From Candidatus Saccharimonadales bacterium (GTDB lineage Bacteria > Patescibacteriota > Saccharimonadia > Saccharimonadales > JANWIN01), in contig JANWIN010000008.1 of NCBI GenBank assembly GCA_025449905.1, positions 4,642 through 68,641 on the forward strand: DNA of 64,000 nucleotides, written 5' to 3'. The notes below the pieces were generated by a model. The model did no database searches. It was not told where the DNA came from and saw only the letters and a program-made list of their open reading frames with translations. Shown one piece after another: positions 1 through 9,442 of the stretch. Made by a program: the position numbers and the translations under genes. The first letter of the stretch is position 1, and every line of letters starts with the position of its first letter.

Positions 1-34
1 ACCGAGCCTTCGCCCATTTCGCGAGGTTTTAATT

Positions 35-271
35 ATGGGTATACGTGAAGGAATAAGTGATTTTGCGAAAGATGCGAAAGTGAAGCTCGAGGGTCGTTCA
101 GCTCTGTCCACAAATCGAATTGCAAATAATCGCGAGGCTTTAGGTACGGGCAGTTTCACAGAAGCTTGCATCGGGCGCATTTGCAACATAGGTGCGGAAG
201 CAGCAGCCCACTTTATCATTCCAGAAGCAAAACCAGAAGTGATTGATCCGGGAGCTATTTACTATGACTAG
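35..271 (+). CDS. hypothetical protein (78 aa)
   Basis: ORF track only; no recognisable motif; its stop overlaps the next ORF's ATG by 8 nt. Confidence 0.3.
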   Translation: MGIREGISDFAKDAKVKLEGRSALSTNRIANNREALGTGSFTEACIGRICNIGAEAAAHFIIPEAKPEVIDPGAIYYD

Positions 272-521
272 TTTAGGTCCAGAAACAGACCCATTTATCA
301 ATCTAGGACTTCCTCCAAATTTCTCTGATTTTGTGGTTACGGCGCTAAAGAGAGGACGAAACGCAGAAGGTTGTCCTATTAATGTAAGTAGATCTGATGG
401 TGAAGTAGTTCCAATTGAGCAGCAAGAACTAAGAATTATTAACGATGCTGCTAATTTTGTTTGTGGCCCCGATGGCCCTAGACAAGTTGTTTCACTAATT
501 GCAGATATTATTCTGGAATAA
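264..521 (+). CDS. hypothetical protein (85 aa from ATG 264)
   Basis: ORF 243..521; ATG 264 (MTSLGPE...) overlaps the upstream stop; ends 4 nt before fusA GTG 526. Confidence 0.35.
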   Translation: MTSLGPETDPFINLGLPPNFSDFVVTALKRGRNAEGCPINVSRSDGEVVPIEQQELRIINDAANFVCGPDGPRQVVSLIADIILE

Positions 522-525
522 AATT

Positions 526-2613
526 GTGGCAGAGAAAAAATACGAACTAGAAAAGGTTAGAAATATCGGCATTATTGCCCATATTGACGCCGGCAAAACT
601 ACCACAACCGAAGGTATTTTGTATCGCACTGGCCTGAAACACAAGATCGGTGCTGTACATGAAGGTGAAACCACTACCGATTGGATGGCGCAGGAAAAAG
701 AGCGTGGAATTACCATTACCGCCGCCGCCGTCACCTGTTACTGGAAAGATCACAAAATCAACATTATTGACACACCGGGGCACATTGACTTCACAGTCGA
801 AGTCGAGCGATCACTTCGTGTTCTAGACGGTGCAGTTGTAGTATTTGACGGCAAAATGGGCGTGGAAAGCCAGTCCGAAACGGTTTGGCGCCAGGCTGAT
901 AAGTACAACGTGCCGCGGATCTGCTTTATTAACAAAATCAATCAAACTGGTGGTGACTTTTATAAATCGCTAGAAAGTATTCATAACCGCCTAAGTAAGC
1001 ACGCTCACCCGATTCACTTGCCGATTGGTTTCGAACAAGGTGTAAACGGAATAGTCGACCTTATTTCCATGAAGGCTTACACCTACAAGGAATTTACCGA
1101 TAAAGAGCTGACTGAAGGTGAAGTACCGGAAGATATGAAGGAAAAGGCTCAGCGCTACCGGTCACTATTGGTTGAAGCTACCGTCGAGTATGACGATGCC
1201 TTGCTTGAAAAGTACCTTGAAGAAGGTGAAGACTCCTTGAGCGAAGACGAAGTTAGAAAAGCCGTCCGTGCTGCTGTTTTGTCCGGACAATTTTACGCCG
1301 TTAGCGGCGGTGATGGTCGCGGCGTAATTGTCGAGAAGTTACTAGATGCCGTTGTTGATTTTTTGCCCTCGCCGCTGGACAAAAGTTCGGTTTGGGGCAC
1401 TCACCCCAAAACTGGTGATGAAATTGAGCGTAAACCTGACGAATCCGAGCCACTGGCCGGATTAGCATTTAAGATTGCTACCGACCCGTTTGTCGGCAAA
1501 CTCTGTTTTTACAGGATTTACTCCGGAAAACTCCAAGCTGGTTCGTACATTTTAAATGCCAGTACCGGTGAAAAAGAGCGTGTCGGTCGAATTGTGCGCA
1601 TGCACGCTAACGACCGTGAAGAAGTAACCGAAGTTGGAGCTGGTGATATTGCCGCCATTGTTGGCCTGAAAGGCACAACTACCGGTAACACTTTAAGTGA
1701 TCTTAATAATCCGATTGTGCTGGAAAGTATAACTTTCCCAGACCCGCCGGTTAGTATTGCGATTGAGCCAAAGACCAAGGCTGATCAGGAAAAAATGGGC
1801 ATCGCCCTGCAGCGCTTGGCTGAAGAAGATCCTACCTTTCAGGTTAAAGGTGATGAAGAAACCGGCCAAACAATTATTTCCGGCATGGGTGAACTGCATC
1901 TGGAGATTATTGTTGACCGCATGAAGCGTGAGTTTACAGTTGAAGCTAATGTTGGCGCACCGCAGGTGGCTTACCGTGAAACTATCCGCAAAGATGCTGT
2001 CGAGTCCGAAGGCAAGTACATAAAACAATCCGGCGGCCGCGGCCAGTATGGACATGTCTGGATTAGGTTAAGCCAAAACGAGCAAGGTAAAGGCTTTGAG
2101 TTTATCAATTCCATTAAAGGTGGCAACGTGCCCAGTGAATACATACAGCCGGTAAAGGCCGGTATTGAAGAGGCTATGAGCAACGGTGTGATCGCCGGCT
2201 ATCCGGTAGTAGATGTTAAAGCTGAGCTATATGACGGCAGTTATCACGATGTAGACTCTAGCGAGATGGCCTTTAAAATTGCCGGCTCTATGGCCCTGCA
2301 GTCAGGTGTAAAAAACGCTAGCCCAGTGTTACTAGAACCCATTATGAAAGTTGTGGTGGTAACGCCCGAAGCTTCAATGGGTGATGTTATTGGCGACCTT
2401 AACTCCAAGCGCGGACGGATTGAATCTATGGAAGACCTGCAAGCTGGGATAAAAGAAATTACAGCTTTTGTGCCGCTGGGCGAAATGTTTGGCTACACAA
2501 CCAACCTGCGCAGTATGACTCAAGGTCGTGCCAGCTCAAGTATGGAACTTGACCACTATGCCGACGTACCAAATAACGTCGCCGAAACAATCATTGCCAA
2601 AAGCGGTAAGTAG
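526..2613 (+). CDS. fusA: translation elongation factor G
   Basis: G1 motif AHIDAGKTT and DTPGHIDF; full-length EF-G-like sequence. The ORF opens at TTG 499, but GTG 526 ([16 protein letters not shown]) follows the upstream stop and fits the canonical N-terminus. Confidence 0.95.
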   Translation: MAEKKYELEKVRNIGIIAHIDAGKTTTTEGILYRTGLKHKIGAVHEGETTTDWMAQEKERGITITAAAVTCYWKDHKINIIDTPGHIDFTVEVERSLRVLDGAVVVFDGKMGVESQSETVWRQADKYNVPRICFINKINQTGGDFYKSLESIHNRLSKHAHPIHLPIGFEQGVNGIVDLISMKAYTYKEFTDKELTEGEVPEDMKEKAQRYRSLLVEATVEYDDALLEKYLEEGEDSLSEDEVRKAVRAAVLSGQFYAVSGGDGRGVIVEKLLDAVVDFLPSPLDKSSVWGTHPKTGDEIERKPDESEPLAGLAFKIATDPFVGKLCFYRIYSGKLQAGSYILNASTGEKERVGRIVRMHANDREEVTEVGAGDIAAIVGLKGTTTGNTLSDLNNPIVLESITFPDPPVSIAIEPKTKADQEKMGIALQRLAEEDPTFQVKGDEETGQTIISGMGELHLEIIVDRMKREFTVEANVGAPQVAYRETIRKDAVESEGKYIKQSGGRGQYGHVWIRLSQNEQGKGFEFINSIKGGNVPSEYIQPVKAGIEEAMSNGVIAGYPVVDVKAELYDGSYHDVDSSEMAFKIAGSMALQSGVKNASPVLLEPIMKVVVVTPEASMGDVIGDLNSKRGRIESMEDLQAGIKEITAFVPLGEMFGYTTNLRSMTQGRASSSMELDHYADVPNNVAETIIAKSGK

Positions 2614-2621
2614 AGTGCAAA

Positions 2622-3311
2622 ATGGGAAATAAACTAAGGCCACCCCATAAATCAATTACCACTCGTCTGCTAGCAACTGTTGCTGGCTTGGTTACTGTGG
2701 CGGCTTGCTCAGGAGCCAACAATTCATTTTTGACGATTGAAGAGCGACCCAAATTACGAACCACCACGACAACAACTCCAGAATTTGATGATCATGGCTG
2801 GGGTCACCCCGAAGCACAAAGAAATTTAGATGCGGTTACCACAAATGCACTAGGTAATCGAGCTTTAGTAAGGGTACGGGCAGGTGTATGCATAGAGTAC
2901 AAGACAGAAAATGCTACTGTGGTTGTCCAACATCCAATAGATGTAATTGGACGCCCGGCGTCTAATGTCGAAGCCCAAGTATTGGGTGGTGTTGTGCCTT
3001 CAATGAATCGAGATGTGGACGGCATGCGTAAGCACAGCGATATTGCAATAAGAGAAGTTGATGGCCGACTAGAGTACGGAAAGTTGGGGCATATACCCGG
3101 CGAAGTTCCAAGAGAAGTAATCACCACCCTTGAGCGCAGCGATCTTCAAATGTCTAGAAGCGATGAAGAATACCTAGGTGCTAGTGAATACCCGCTTGGT
3201 GGGGTGGTAAGCCTGGCGCCAACGGTGCCTAATTCTGATATACCACCAGGAAATGTAGTTTACATTAGAGCTCAACCTGAACGCATTAACGATTATTGCT
3301 TAATAGAATAA
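2622..3311 (+). CDS. putative secreted lipoprotein, function unknown
   Basis: N-terminal signal with lipobox LVTVAA|C; no other motif; sits between fusA and tuf. Confidence 0.55.
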   Translation: MGNKLRPPHKSITTRLLATVAGLVTVAACSGANNSFLTIEERPKLRTTTTTTPEFDDHGWGHPEAQRNLDAVTTNALGNRALVRVRAGVCIEYKTENATVVVQHPIDVIGRPASNVEAQVLGGVVPSMNRDVDGMRKHSDIAIREVDGRLEYGKLGHIPGEVPREVITTLERSDLQMSRSDEEYLGASEYPLGGVVSLAPTVPNSDIPPGNVVYIRAQPERINDYCLIE

Positions 3312-3318
3312 CCCTTTA

Positions 3319-3381
3319 CCCCGCCTATTAAATTGACGTTGCTGACGCAAAACTTGTTTTGTGTCAATTTAAATGGCGGGG
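3319..3381. repeat. long imperfect inverted repeat (19-nt arms, 25-nt loop), possible terminator or operator
   Basis: ccccgcctattaaattgac (3319-3337) versus gtcaatttaaatggcgggg (3363-3381), differing only by a central at/ta swap; weak T-tract after it. Confidence 0.4.
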
Positions 3382-3382
3382 C

Positions 3383-3411
3383 TTTACAAACCTCTTAACT
3401 TTAGTTAAAAT
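3383..3411 (+). promoter_or_regulatory. sigma70-like promoter for tuf
   Basis: TTTACA (3383-88), 17-nt spacer, TAAAAT (3406-11), about 75 nt upstream of the tuf ATG. Confidence 0.45.
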
Positions 3412-3487
3412 ACTTCGGTAATCCGTGTGGGTATTGCTATACGTACGCGAAAAACTTATTAATATCAGAATGATAGGAGAAAATTAA

Positions 3488-4669
3488 ATGGCAGATTTTG
3501 ACCGCTCAAAGCCGCACATCAACGTTGGAACTATGGGTCACGTTGATCACGGCAAAACTACATTAACCGCTGCAATTACCGCAGTGCTAGCTAAGAAATT
3601 ACCTAGTGATGTGAACAAACCAGTTAGTTATGACCAAATTGACAATGCACCAGAGGAAAAAGCTCGGGGTATTACTATTGCGACCTCTCACCAGGAATAC
3701 GAGAGTGAAAAGCGTCACTACGCCCACGTTGACATGCCCGGACACGCCGACTATGTCAAGAACATGATTACCGGTGCCGCCCAGATTGATGGCGCTGTAT
3801 TGGTTGTTTCAGCTGCTGATGGCCCTATGCCGCAAACACGCGAACATGTTCTTCTTGCCAAGCAAGTTGGCGTACCTTCTATCTTAGTTTTCATGAACAA
3901 GATGGACCTGGCTGACCCTGAACTAGTTGAACTAGTAGAAGTTGATATCCGCGACCTGCTTAAAAAGTACGAATTTGACGAAAAAGCACCTATCATCAAG
4001 GGATCTGCGACTAAGGCTCTTGAAGGCTCGGCTTCTGACGAAGATGCCATTATGGAACTTGTAAAGGCTATGGATGACTACATTCCAGAGCCTAAGCGTG
4101 AGCTAGACAAGCCGTTCTTAATGCCAATTGAGGACGTCTTTTCAATTAAAGGTCGCGGTACTGTTGCTACCGGCCGTGTTGAGCAAGGCGTTGTTAAAGT
4201 TAACGAAGAAGTTGAAATTGTTGGCCTACGCGACACTAAAAAGACGGTTGTTACTGGTGTAGAAATGTTCAAGAAGAATCTCGACCAAGGCCAAGCTGGC
4301 GACAACGTTGGAGTTCTATTACGCGGTGTTGAGCGCGAAGACATCGAGCGGGGCCAAGTTTTGGCTAAGCCCGGAACCATTACGCCGCACACCGAATTTG
4401 ACAGTGAAGTCTACATTCTGACCAAAGAAGAAGGTGGACGACACACACCATTCTTCAAGGGCTACAAGCCACAGTTTTACTTCCGAACTACTGATGTAAC
4501 GGGTGAAGTTGAACTTCCAGAAGATAAAGAAATGGTTATGCCGGGGGACACAATTACCTTTAAAGTGAAATTACTTCAACCGATTGCTATGGAACAAGGA
4601 TTGCGCTTCGCCATCCGCGAAGGTGGCCGAACCGTCGGCGCTGGTGTCGTTACCAAGATTAACAAATAA
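3488..4669 (+). CDS. tuf: translation elongation factor Tu
   Basis: [22 protein letters not shown] motifs; 393 aa; strong SD (taggagaaa). Confidence 0.97.
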   Translation: MADFDRSKPHINVGTMGHVDHGKTTLTAAITAVLAKKLPSDVNKPVSYDQIDNAPEEKARGITIATSHQEYESEKRHYAHVDMPGHADYVKNMITGAAQIDGAVLVVSAADGPMPQTREHVLLAKQVGVPSILVFMNKMDLADPELVELVEVDIRDLLKKYEFDEKAPIIKGSATKALEGSASDEDAIMELVKAMDDYIPEPKRELDKPFLMPIEDVFSIKGRGTVATGRVEQGVVKVNEEVEIVGLRDTKKTVVTGVEMFKKNLDQGQAGDNVGVLLRGVEREDIERGQVLAKPGTITPHTEFDSEVYILTKEEGGRHTPFFKGYKPQFYFRTTDVTGEVELPEDKEMVMPGDTITFKVKLLQPIAMEQGLRFAIREGGRTVGAGVVTKINK

Positions 4670-4673
4670 TAAG

Positions 4674-4862
4674 ATGGCTTTTACGGAAATTTTTACCGCT
4701 TTACAAGAACCAAACACTGCGGACATTGTGATAGTCCTAAGAGGTGATCAGGCAGAGATTGATGCTTCTCGCATGGAAACGGCTAAGCATATTGCATACG
4801 TAACATCTGGAGCTTTAACACTAGAGGAACTAGAAGCTCCTCTGATAGAATATGCTGAATAA
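4674..4862 (+). CDS. orphan small acidic protein (62 aa) between tuf and rpsJ
   Basis: ATG 4674 lies 4 nt after the tuf stop, in frame with ORF 4584..4862; its stop overlaps the rpsJ start (TAATG). Confidence 0.45.
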   Translation: MAFTEIFTALQEPNTADIVIVLRGDQAEIDASRMETAKHIAYVTSGALTLEELEAPLIEYAE

Positions 4863-5197
4863 TGGTTGAGACAAAAAAAACCGAAGTAGCACCAAAGCAG
4901 CGGATAAGAATCCGTCTTAAGGCTTATGACCATAAGGTTATAGATCAATCAGCAAAACAGATTGTCGACACCGCGCTAAGAAATGGTGCCACAATTGCCG
5001 GCCCAATTCCTTTGCCAACAAGGCGCAGTACTTTTACGGTTGTTAAAAGCCCGCATGTTTATAAAAAGGGCCGCGAACAATTTGAAATGAGAGTCCACAA
5101 ACGTTTAATAGACGTATTAGACCCTTCGCCAAAAACCGTTGACGCACTTATGAACCTATCCCTGCCAGCCGGCTGTGACGCCGAAATCAAAATGTAA
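4862..5197 (+). CDS. rpsJ: 30S ribosomal protein S10 (uS10)
   Basis: [18 protein letters not shown]...[23 protein letters not shown] is a typical S10 sequence. Confidence 0.95.
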   Translation: MVETKKTEVAPKQRIRIRLKAYDHKVIDQSAKQIVDTALRNGATIAGPIPLPTRRSTFTVVKSPHVYKKGREQFEMRVHKRLIDVLDPSPKTVDALMNLSLPAGCDAEIKM

Positions 5198-5238
5198 ATT
5201 GTACAAGATATTGACGATCGTCATTTCCTTGTACAATT
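5197..5238 (+). promoter_or_regulatory. nested-palindrome promoter/operator motif, copy 1
   Basis: ATTGTACAA (5198-5206), TGACGATCGTCA 12-bp perfect palindrome (5212-5223), TTGTACAAT (5229-5237). Contains TTGACG and TACAAT hexamers. Near-identical copy at 25504-25546. Confidence 0.6.
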
Positions 5239-5274
5239 TCCTAGAGATATAAAAGTCTGTTATAGAATAAGATA

Positions 5275-5751
5275 ATGAACAAGATTGTTCCAGCCATTGA
5301 TAAGGTAGATTTAAGGCGGGGGATTGATCATATTGGTGTTTCGGCTGTTTCAGTGGTGCATGATGGCAAAGGCAAAATCTTGCTTCACAAGCGCGGTAAG
5401 GGCGCACGTGACGAGCGTGGTCACTGGGATGTAATTGGTGGTGCCATTGAGTTTGGGGAGACTATTGAAGAAGCCATTACGCGCGAAATTAAAGAAGAAC
5501 TTTGCACTAAGCCATTAGATATGGTGTTTTTAATAGTATTTGATGCGCATCGCGTCAATCAAGACAAAGATAAAACTCACTGGATAGCCATCTTGTACGC
5601 CGTGAAAGTTGAACCAAAAACAGTTAAAATAGGTGAGCCGCATAAAATGGATGCCATTGGTTGGTTTGGTCTGAAAGATTTGCCAAAACCACCGCATTCA
5701 CAACTCCACAAAGCATTAAAAGTTGCTATGCAGACTAAGATTATAATCTAG
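5275..5751 (+). CDS. NUDIX hydrolase
   Basis: NUDIX box GGAIEFGETIEEAITREIKEELC; 158 aa; inserted between rpsJ and rplC. Confidence 0.85.
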   Translation: MNKIVPAIDKVDLRRGIDHIGVSAVSVVHDGKGKILLHKRGKGARDERGHWDVIGGAIEFGETIEEAITREIKEELCTKPLDMVFLIVFDAHRVNQDKDKTHWIAILYAVKVEPKTVKIGEPHKMDAIGWFGLKDLPKPPHSQLHKALKVAMQTKIII

Positions 5752-5768
5752 GTAGTTTTTACAACGCA

Positions 5769-5932
5769 TTGACAGAGGTAGCGGTCTTTTGTTACTCTAT
5801 TACGGTATCTAAATAATTTGAGGCAACTTTGCTTGGTGAATCGGAAGGTCCGGGTCACGCTCGGAAACCAGCGGACACCAAGTATTTTAGTGCCAAAGGA
5901 TGCATTAATGCATAGAAGCATAGGAAGGGTTT
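5769..5932 (+). promoter_or_regulatory. candidate promoter plus structured leader of the rplC-led operon
   Basis: TTGACA (5769-74), 18-nt spacer, TACTCT. A 7-bp closing helix CTTGGTG...CACCAAG and the 14-bp palindrome ATGCATTAATGCAT lie just before the rplC RBS. Confidence 0.3.
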
Positions 5933-6547
5933 GTGAAAGCACTAATTGCTCAAAAGTTGGGCATGACCAGTCTTATAAACGAAAACGGAACAGCGCAAGC
6001 TGTAACTCTTCTAGCTATTGGCGACAATACAGTCGTCCAAGTTAAAACAATTGAAAAAGATGGCTACACGGCCATACAGGTTGGTGCAAACAAGGTAAAA
6101 AAGAATAGCAAGCCTTTGAGTGGGCATCTGAAGCCAGCCAAAGTGAATGTCGGTATTATGCGCGAATTTCGCGCAGACGAGATTCCAGAAGACCTCAGTG
6201 TTGGAACCAAGCTAACACCCGAGGTCTTTTCAGTTGGTGATGTCGTGTCAGTAACGGCCAACAATAAAGGCAAAGGTTTTGCCGGCACTATTAAGCGCCA
6301 TAATTTTAACACTGGGCCTAAAACTCATGGTGGCCAAAGTTATCGCCGCCCGGGCTCTATTGGCTCAATGTATCCGCAGAAGATTTTTAAAGGTAAAAAA
6401 ATGGCTGGCCGCATGGGCAATGTCCGTACCACAACCAAAAACCTCAAGATTGCCCTAGTTGACAATGAAAATCAGGTTATTGGCGTAACCGGCGCCGTTC
6501 CCGGACCAAGAAAAGGTACAGTTTTAGTGAAAGGGGCTCAAAAGTGA
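5933..6547 (+). CDS. rplC: 50S ribosomal protein L3 (uL3)
   Basis: VKALIAQKLGMTS..., GKGFAGTIKRHNF; GTG start. Confidence 0.95.
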   Translation: MKALIAQKLGMTSLINENGTAQAVTLLAIGDNTVVQVKTIEKDGYTAIQVGANKVKKNSKPLSGHLKPAKVNVGIMREFRADEIPEDLSVGTKLTPEVFSVGDVVSVTANNKGKGFAGTIKRHNFNTGPKTHGGQSYRRPGSIGSMYPQKIFKGKKMAGRMGNVRTTTKNLKIALVDNENQVIGVTGAVPGPRKGTVLVKGAQK

Positions 6548-7206
6548 GTGTAGCAACTTTCACTAAAACGGGAACCAAGGCAACCGCTGAAGCCAAATTG
6601 CACAAGGCTATTTTTGGCGTAGAGGTTGGTAGCCATGAACTGCTAAAACAAGCTTACGTTGGGTATTTGGCTAATGGCCGCAGTGCAGGTGCTAAAACCA
6701 AGACTCGCGGCCTAGTACGTGGTGGTGGACGAAAACCACACCCCCAAAAGGGTACCGGCCGAGCCCGTTCGGGCTCAAAACGAAATCCCTTGTGGACAGG
6801 TGGAGGTATAATTTTTGGCCCAACTGGCAATCAGAATTATTCTAAAAAGCTTAGCACTCAAGCTAAGCGACAAGCTTTAAGGCAAGCTTTGAGCCTAGCT
6901 GCCAAAGAAGGGCAGCTTAAGATTATTGAAACTTTTGAATGCAAAGAAGGCCAAGTTAAGCCGACATTGAGTTTACTTAAAAAAATTGGTGCTGAGGGCA
7001 ATGTCCTATTAGTTGTTAGTGTGCTTGATGAGCTGGTAGGCCGAGCCACGCGCAATATCTCAAACATAGCTGCTGTTCAGGCTAAATATCTTAACGTTTA
7101 TGACATTTTGAATGCTGAAACGATCATAATTAGCCAAAAATCTTTGGCAGTTATTAATGACTGGCTGGGTGAAGCTAAGACCAAAAAGGTGACAAGCAAT
7201 GAGTAA
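6544..7206 (+). CDS. rplD: 50S ribosomal protein L4 (uL4)
   Basis: RGGGRKPHPQKGTGRARSGS motif; 4-nt overlap with rplC. Confidence 0.95.
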   Translation: MSVATFTKTGTKATAEAKLHKAIFGVEVGSHELLKQAYVGYLANGRSAGAKTKTRGLVRGGGRKPHPQKGTGRARSGSKRNPLWTGGGIIFGPTGNQNYSKKLSTQAKRQALRQALSLAAKEGQLKIIETFECKEGQVKPTLSLLKKIGAEGNVLLVVSVLDELVGRATRNISNIAAVQAKYLNVYDILNAETIIISQKSLAVINDWLGEAKTKKVTSNE

Positions 7207-7666
7207 ATCAATGACTCTAAACCCAGTAATGAGCGAGAAGGCTTACGCTAGTAGTAAGGACCTAAGAACCTACGTATTTAGCGTTCCAGACTCGGCCAAT
7301 AAATTATCGGTTGCCGAAGCCGTTAAAGCACAATTTAAAGTCGGGGTGGATAAGGTAAAAGTTGCAAATATAAAAGGTAAGTCTAAGCGCACTGTTCGTC
7401 AAGGTCGTCCGGTTTATGGCCAACGCGTCACCGTCAAAAAGGCTTATGTAACGCTGAAAGAAGGCGATAGTTTACCATTTTTTGCTGAAGTAGAAAAAGA
7501 TCAGGAAAAGGCCGAGAAAACTGAAGAAAAAGCCAAAGCTGAGCCTGAAAATACAGAGAAGAGTACCGCTAAAGTCATTGAAGCTCCAGCAAAAAAGAAG
7601 CGTGGTCTAAGTGGTGTGTTTAACAGAAGTTCCCGCCAAACTCAAAACCGCGGAGGAGAAAAATAG
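7199..7666 (+). CDS. rplW: 50S ribosomal protein L23 (uL23) with K/E-rich C-terminal tail
   Basis: uL23 core in the first ~95 aa, then ~55 aa of EKDQEKAEKTEEKAKAE...; S10-operon position. Confidence 0.9.
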   Translation: MSKSMTLNPVMSEKAYASSKDLRTYVFSVPDSANKLSVAEAVKAQFKVGVDKVKVANIKGKSKRTVRQGRPVYGQRVTVKKAYVTLKEGDSLPFFAEVEKDQEKAEKTEEKAKAEPENTEKSTAKVIEAPAKKKRGLSGVFNRSSRQTQNRGGEK

Positions 7667-8503
7667 ATGGCTATAAAAGCTTATAAACCCACTACTCCAG
7701 CCAGACGCGGCATGACAACTCAGGACATGTCAACGATAACCGCTAAAAAGCCGGTTAAATCCCTACGCGTTGTTAAAAACAGAATTAACGGCCGAAACAA
7801 CCAGGGCCGCATTACCGTTCGTCATCGCGGTGGCGGAGCGCGTAAGTTCTATCGAATTGTTGATTTTAAACTGGAATCAGGGACCACGGCGGTGGTTGAG
7901 CAGATCGAATATGATCCGAACCGCAGTGCCCGAATTGCTCGCATTAAGGATGACAATAATAGCTATCACTATATTTTGGCTGGTAAGGGAATGAAAGTGG
8001 GCAAGAAAATTTCTAGTGGCGATGAATCAGCCATTGCTAGCGGCAATCGCTTACCTCTAAAGAATATTCCAGCCGGTAGCTCGATTTATGCTATTGAAAT
8101 GCAACCTGGCAAAGGCGCCCAAATTGCCAGAAGTGCCGGCGCAAGTGCTACACTTATGGGTAAAGAGGGTAAGTTTGCGCAGCTTAGGATGCCGAGCGGT
8201 GAAATTCGCTTAGTAAATTTGGACTGTACAGCTAGCTTGGGTGTGGTTGGTAACGAGCAGCACCAAAACATTAAGGTTGGCAAGGCTGGACGAACCCGTA
8301 GAAAAGGTATTCGCCCGACCGTCCGAGGTGTGGTTATGAACGCCGCAGACCACCCGCACGGTGGTGGTGACGGTGGTCGTCACGGTTCCGGTAAAGACCC
8401 ACGCACCCCTTGGGGCCAGAAGACGCTGGGCTACAAAACTCGCCGACGCAAGAATACCAATCAGTTTATTGTTAAAAGCCGACAGGCAGCAAAGAGGAGA
8501 TAG
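7667..8503 (+). CDS. rplB: 50S ribosomal protein L2 (uL2)
   Basis: RHRGGGARKFYR and NAADHPHGGGDG motifs. Confidence 0.97.
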   Translation: MAIKAYKPTTPARRGMTTQDMSTITAKKPVKSLRVVKNRINGRNNQGRITVRHRGGGARKFYRIVDFKLESGTTAVVEQIEYDPNRSARIARIKDDNNSYHYILAGKGMKVGKKISSGDESAIASGNRLPLKNIPAGSSIYAIEMQPGKGAQIARSAGASATLMGKEGKFAQLRMPSGEIRLVNLDCTASLGVVGNEQHQNIKVGKAGRTRRKGIRPTVRGVVMNAADHPHGGGDGGRHGSGKDPRTPWGQKTLGYKTRRRKNTNQFIVKSRQAAKRR

Positions 8504-8505
8504 CG

Positions 8506-8754
8506 ATGAATACAGTTGATCAAGTAGCAATCCGGGAAGCCTGCGAAACTGGACGCAAGGAAGGAAGATACATAAAAGCTGAAATGCAATTTTTAACTCT
8601 TGAGCAGCAACATATGGTTCAGCTGGAAGTGGCTAGTGATTTGATAGCTAGTGATGGACTGAGCCACAGCAAAAATCAAGGGATTTTCTATGAAGCCGTA
8701 GGCACACCCTTGTGCTTTTTGAGAAAAGAGCTAGGGAAAGAATTGACAAAATGA
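8506..8754 (+). CDS. orphan protein (82 aa) between rplB and rpsS
   Basis: ATG 2 nt after the rplB stop; its stop overlaps the rpsS ATG (ATGA at 8751-8754); no recognisable motif. Confidence 0.5.
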   Translation: MNTVDQVAIREACETGRKEGRYIKAEMQFLTLEQQHMVQLEVASDLIASDGLSHSKNQGIFYEAVGTPLCFLRKELGKELTK

Positions 8755-9053
8755 GTAGATCACTTAAAAAAGGACCATTTGTAGAACCAAAGTTAGCTAA
8801 GAAAGTTGCTGCATTGGGCGCTGAAGACCGCACCATTATCAAGACTTGGGCGCGCTACAGTGTTATTTCGCCTGATTTTGTAGGCCGCACCATTGCCGTC
8901 CATAACGGCAAAGTTCATATTCCGGTATTTATTACTGAAAACATGGTTGGGCATAAGTTAGGTGAATTCTCACCAACCCGTAAATTCCGCGGGCATGGTG
9001 GTAGATTAGCTAAAGAACAAGGCACGACCGCGCCTAAGGAAGCAGGAGCTTAA
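8751..9053 (+). CDS. rpsS: 30S ribosomal protein S19 (uS19)
   Basis: [15 protein letters not shown] is the canonical N-terminus. The ORF track opens at 8712, but ATG 8751 is preferred. Confidence 0.95.
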   Translation: MSRSLKKGPFVEPKLAKKVAALGAEDRTIIKTWARYSVISPDFVGRTIAVHNGKVHIPVFITENMVGHKLGEFSPTRKFRGHGGRLAKEQGTTAPKEAGA

Positions 9054-9055
9054 GT

Positions 9056-9442
9056 ATGCCAGTTCGAGCCGTTAGCAAAGGAGTTAGCATTAGCCCCCGA
9101 AAAGTCGGCGTAGTGGCTGATTTGGTGCGCGGCTTCTCCGTTAAAGACGCTCTGACAATCTTAGAGCATACTCCGCGCCGCGCTGCTACAGCGGTTTCTA
9201 AGACTATTGCCAGCGCTAAAGCTAATGCCGATTATAACCACAATTACAAACCTGACACCTTAAGGATTACTGAGATAACTATCAATCACGGCCCACGCTC
9301 AAGGCGCTATCGCCCCGCTGCCCACGGCCGAGCCTTACCTTATCAAAAACGAACTTCGCACATTACAGTTATAGTTGACGGCGAAAAGCGTCAACCCAAA
9401 AAGCCCGTTGATAAAACTACTGCCAAAAAGGAGACCAAGTAA
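9056..9442 (+). CDS. rplV: 50S ribosomal protein L22 (uL22)
   Basis: uL22-like sequence (ISPRKVGVVADLVRG...); operon order. Confidence 0.95.
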   Translation: MPVRAVSKGVSISPRKVGVVADLVRGFSVKDALTILEHTPRRAATAVSKTIASAKANADYNHNYKPDTLRITEITINHGPRSRRYRPAAHGRALPYQKRTSHITVIVDGEKRQPKKPVDKTTAKKETK

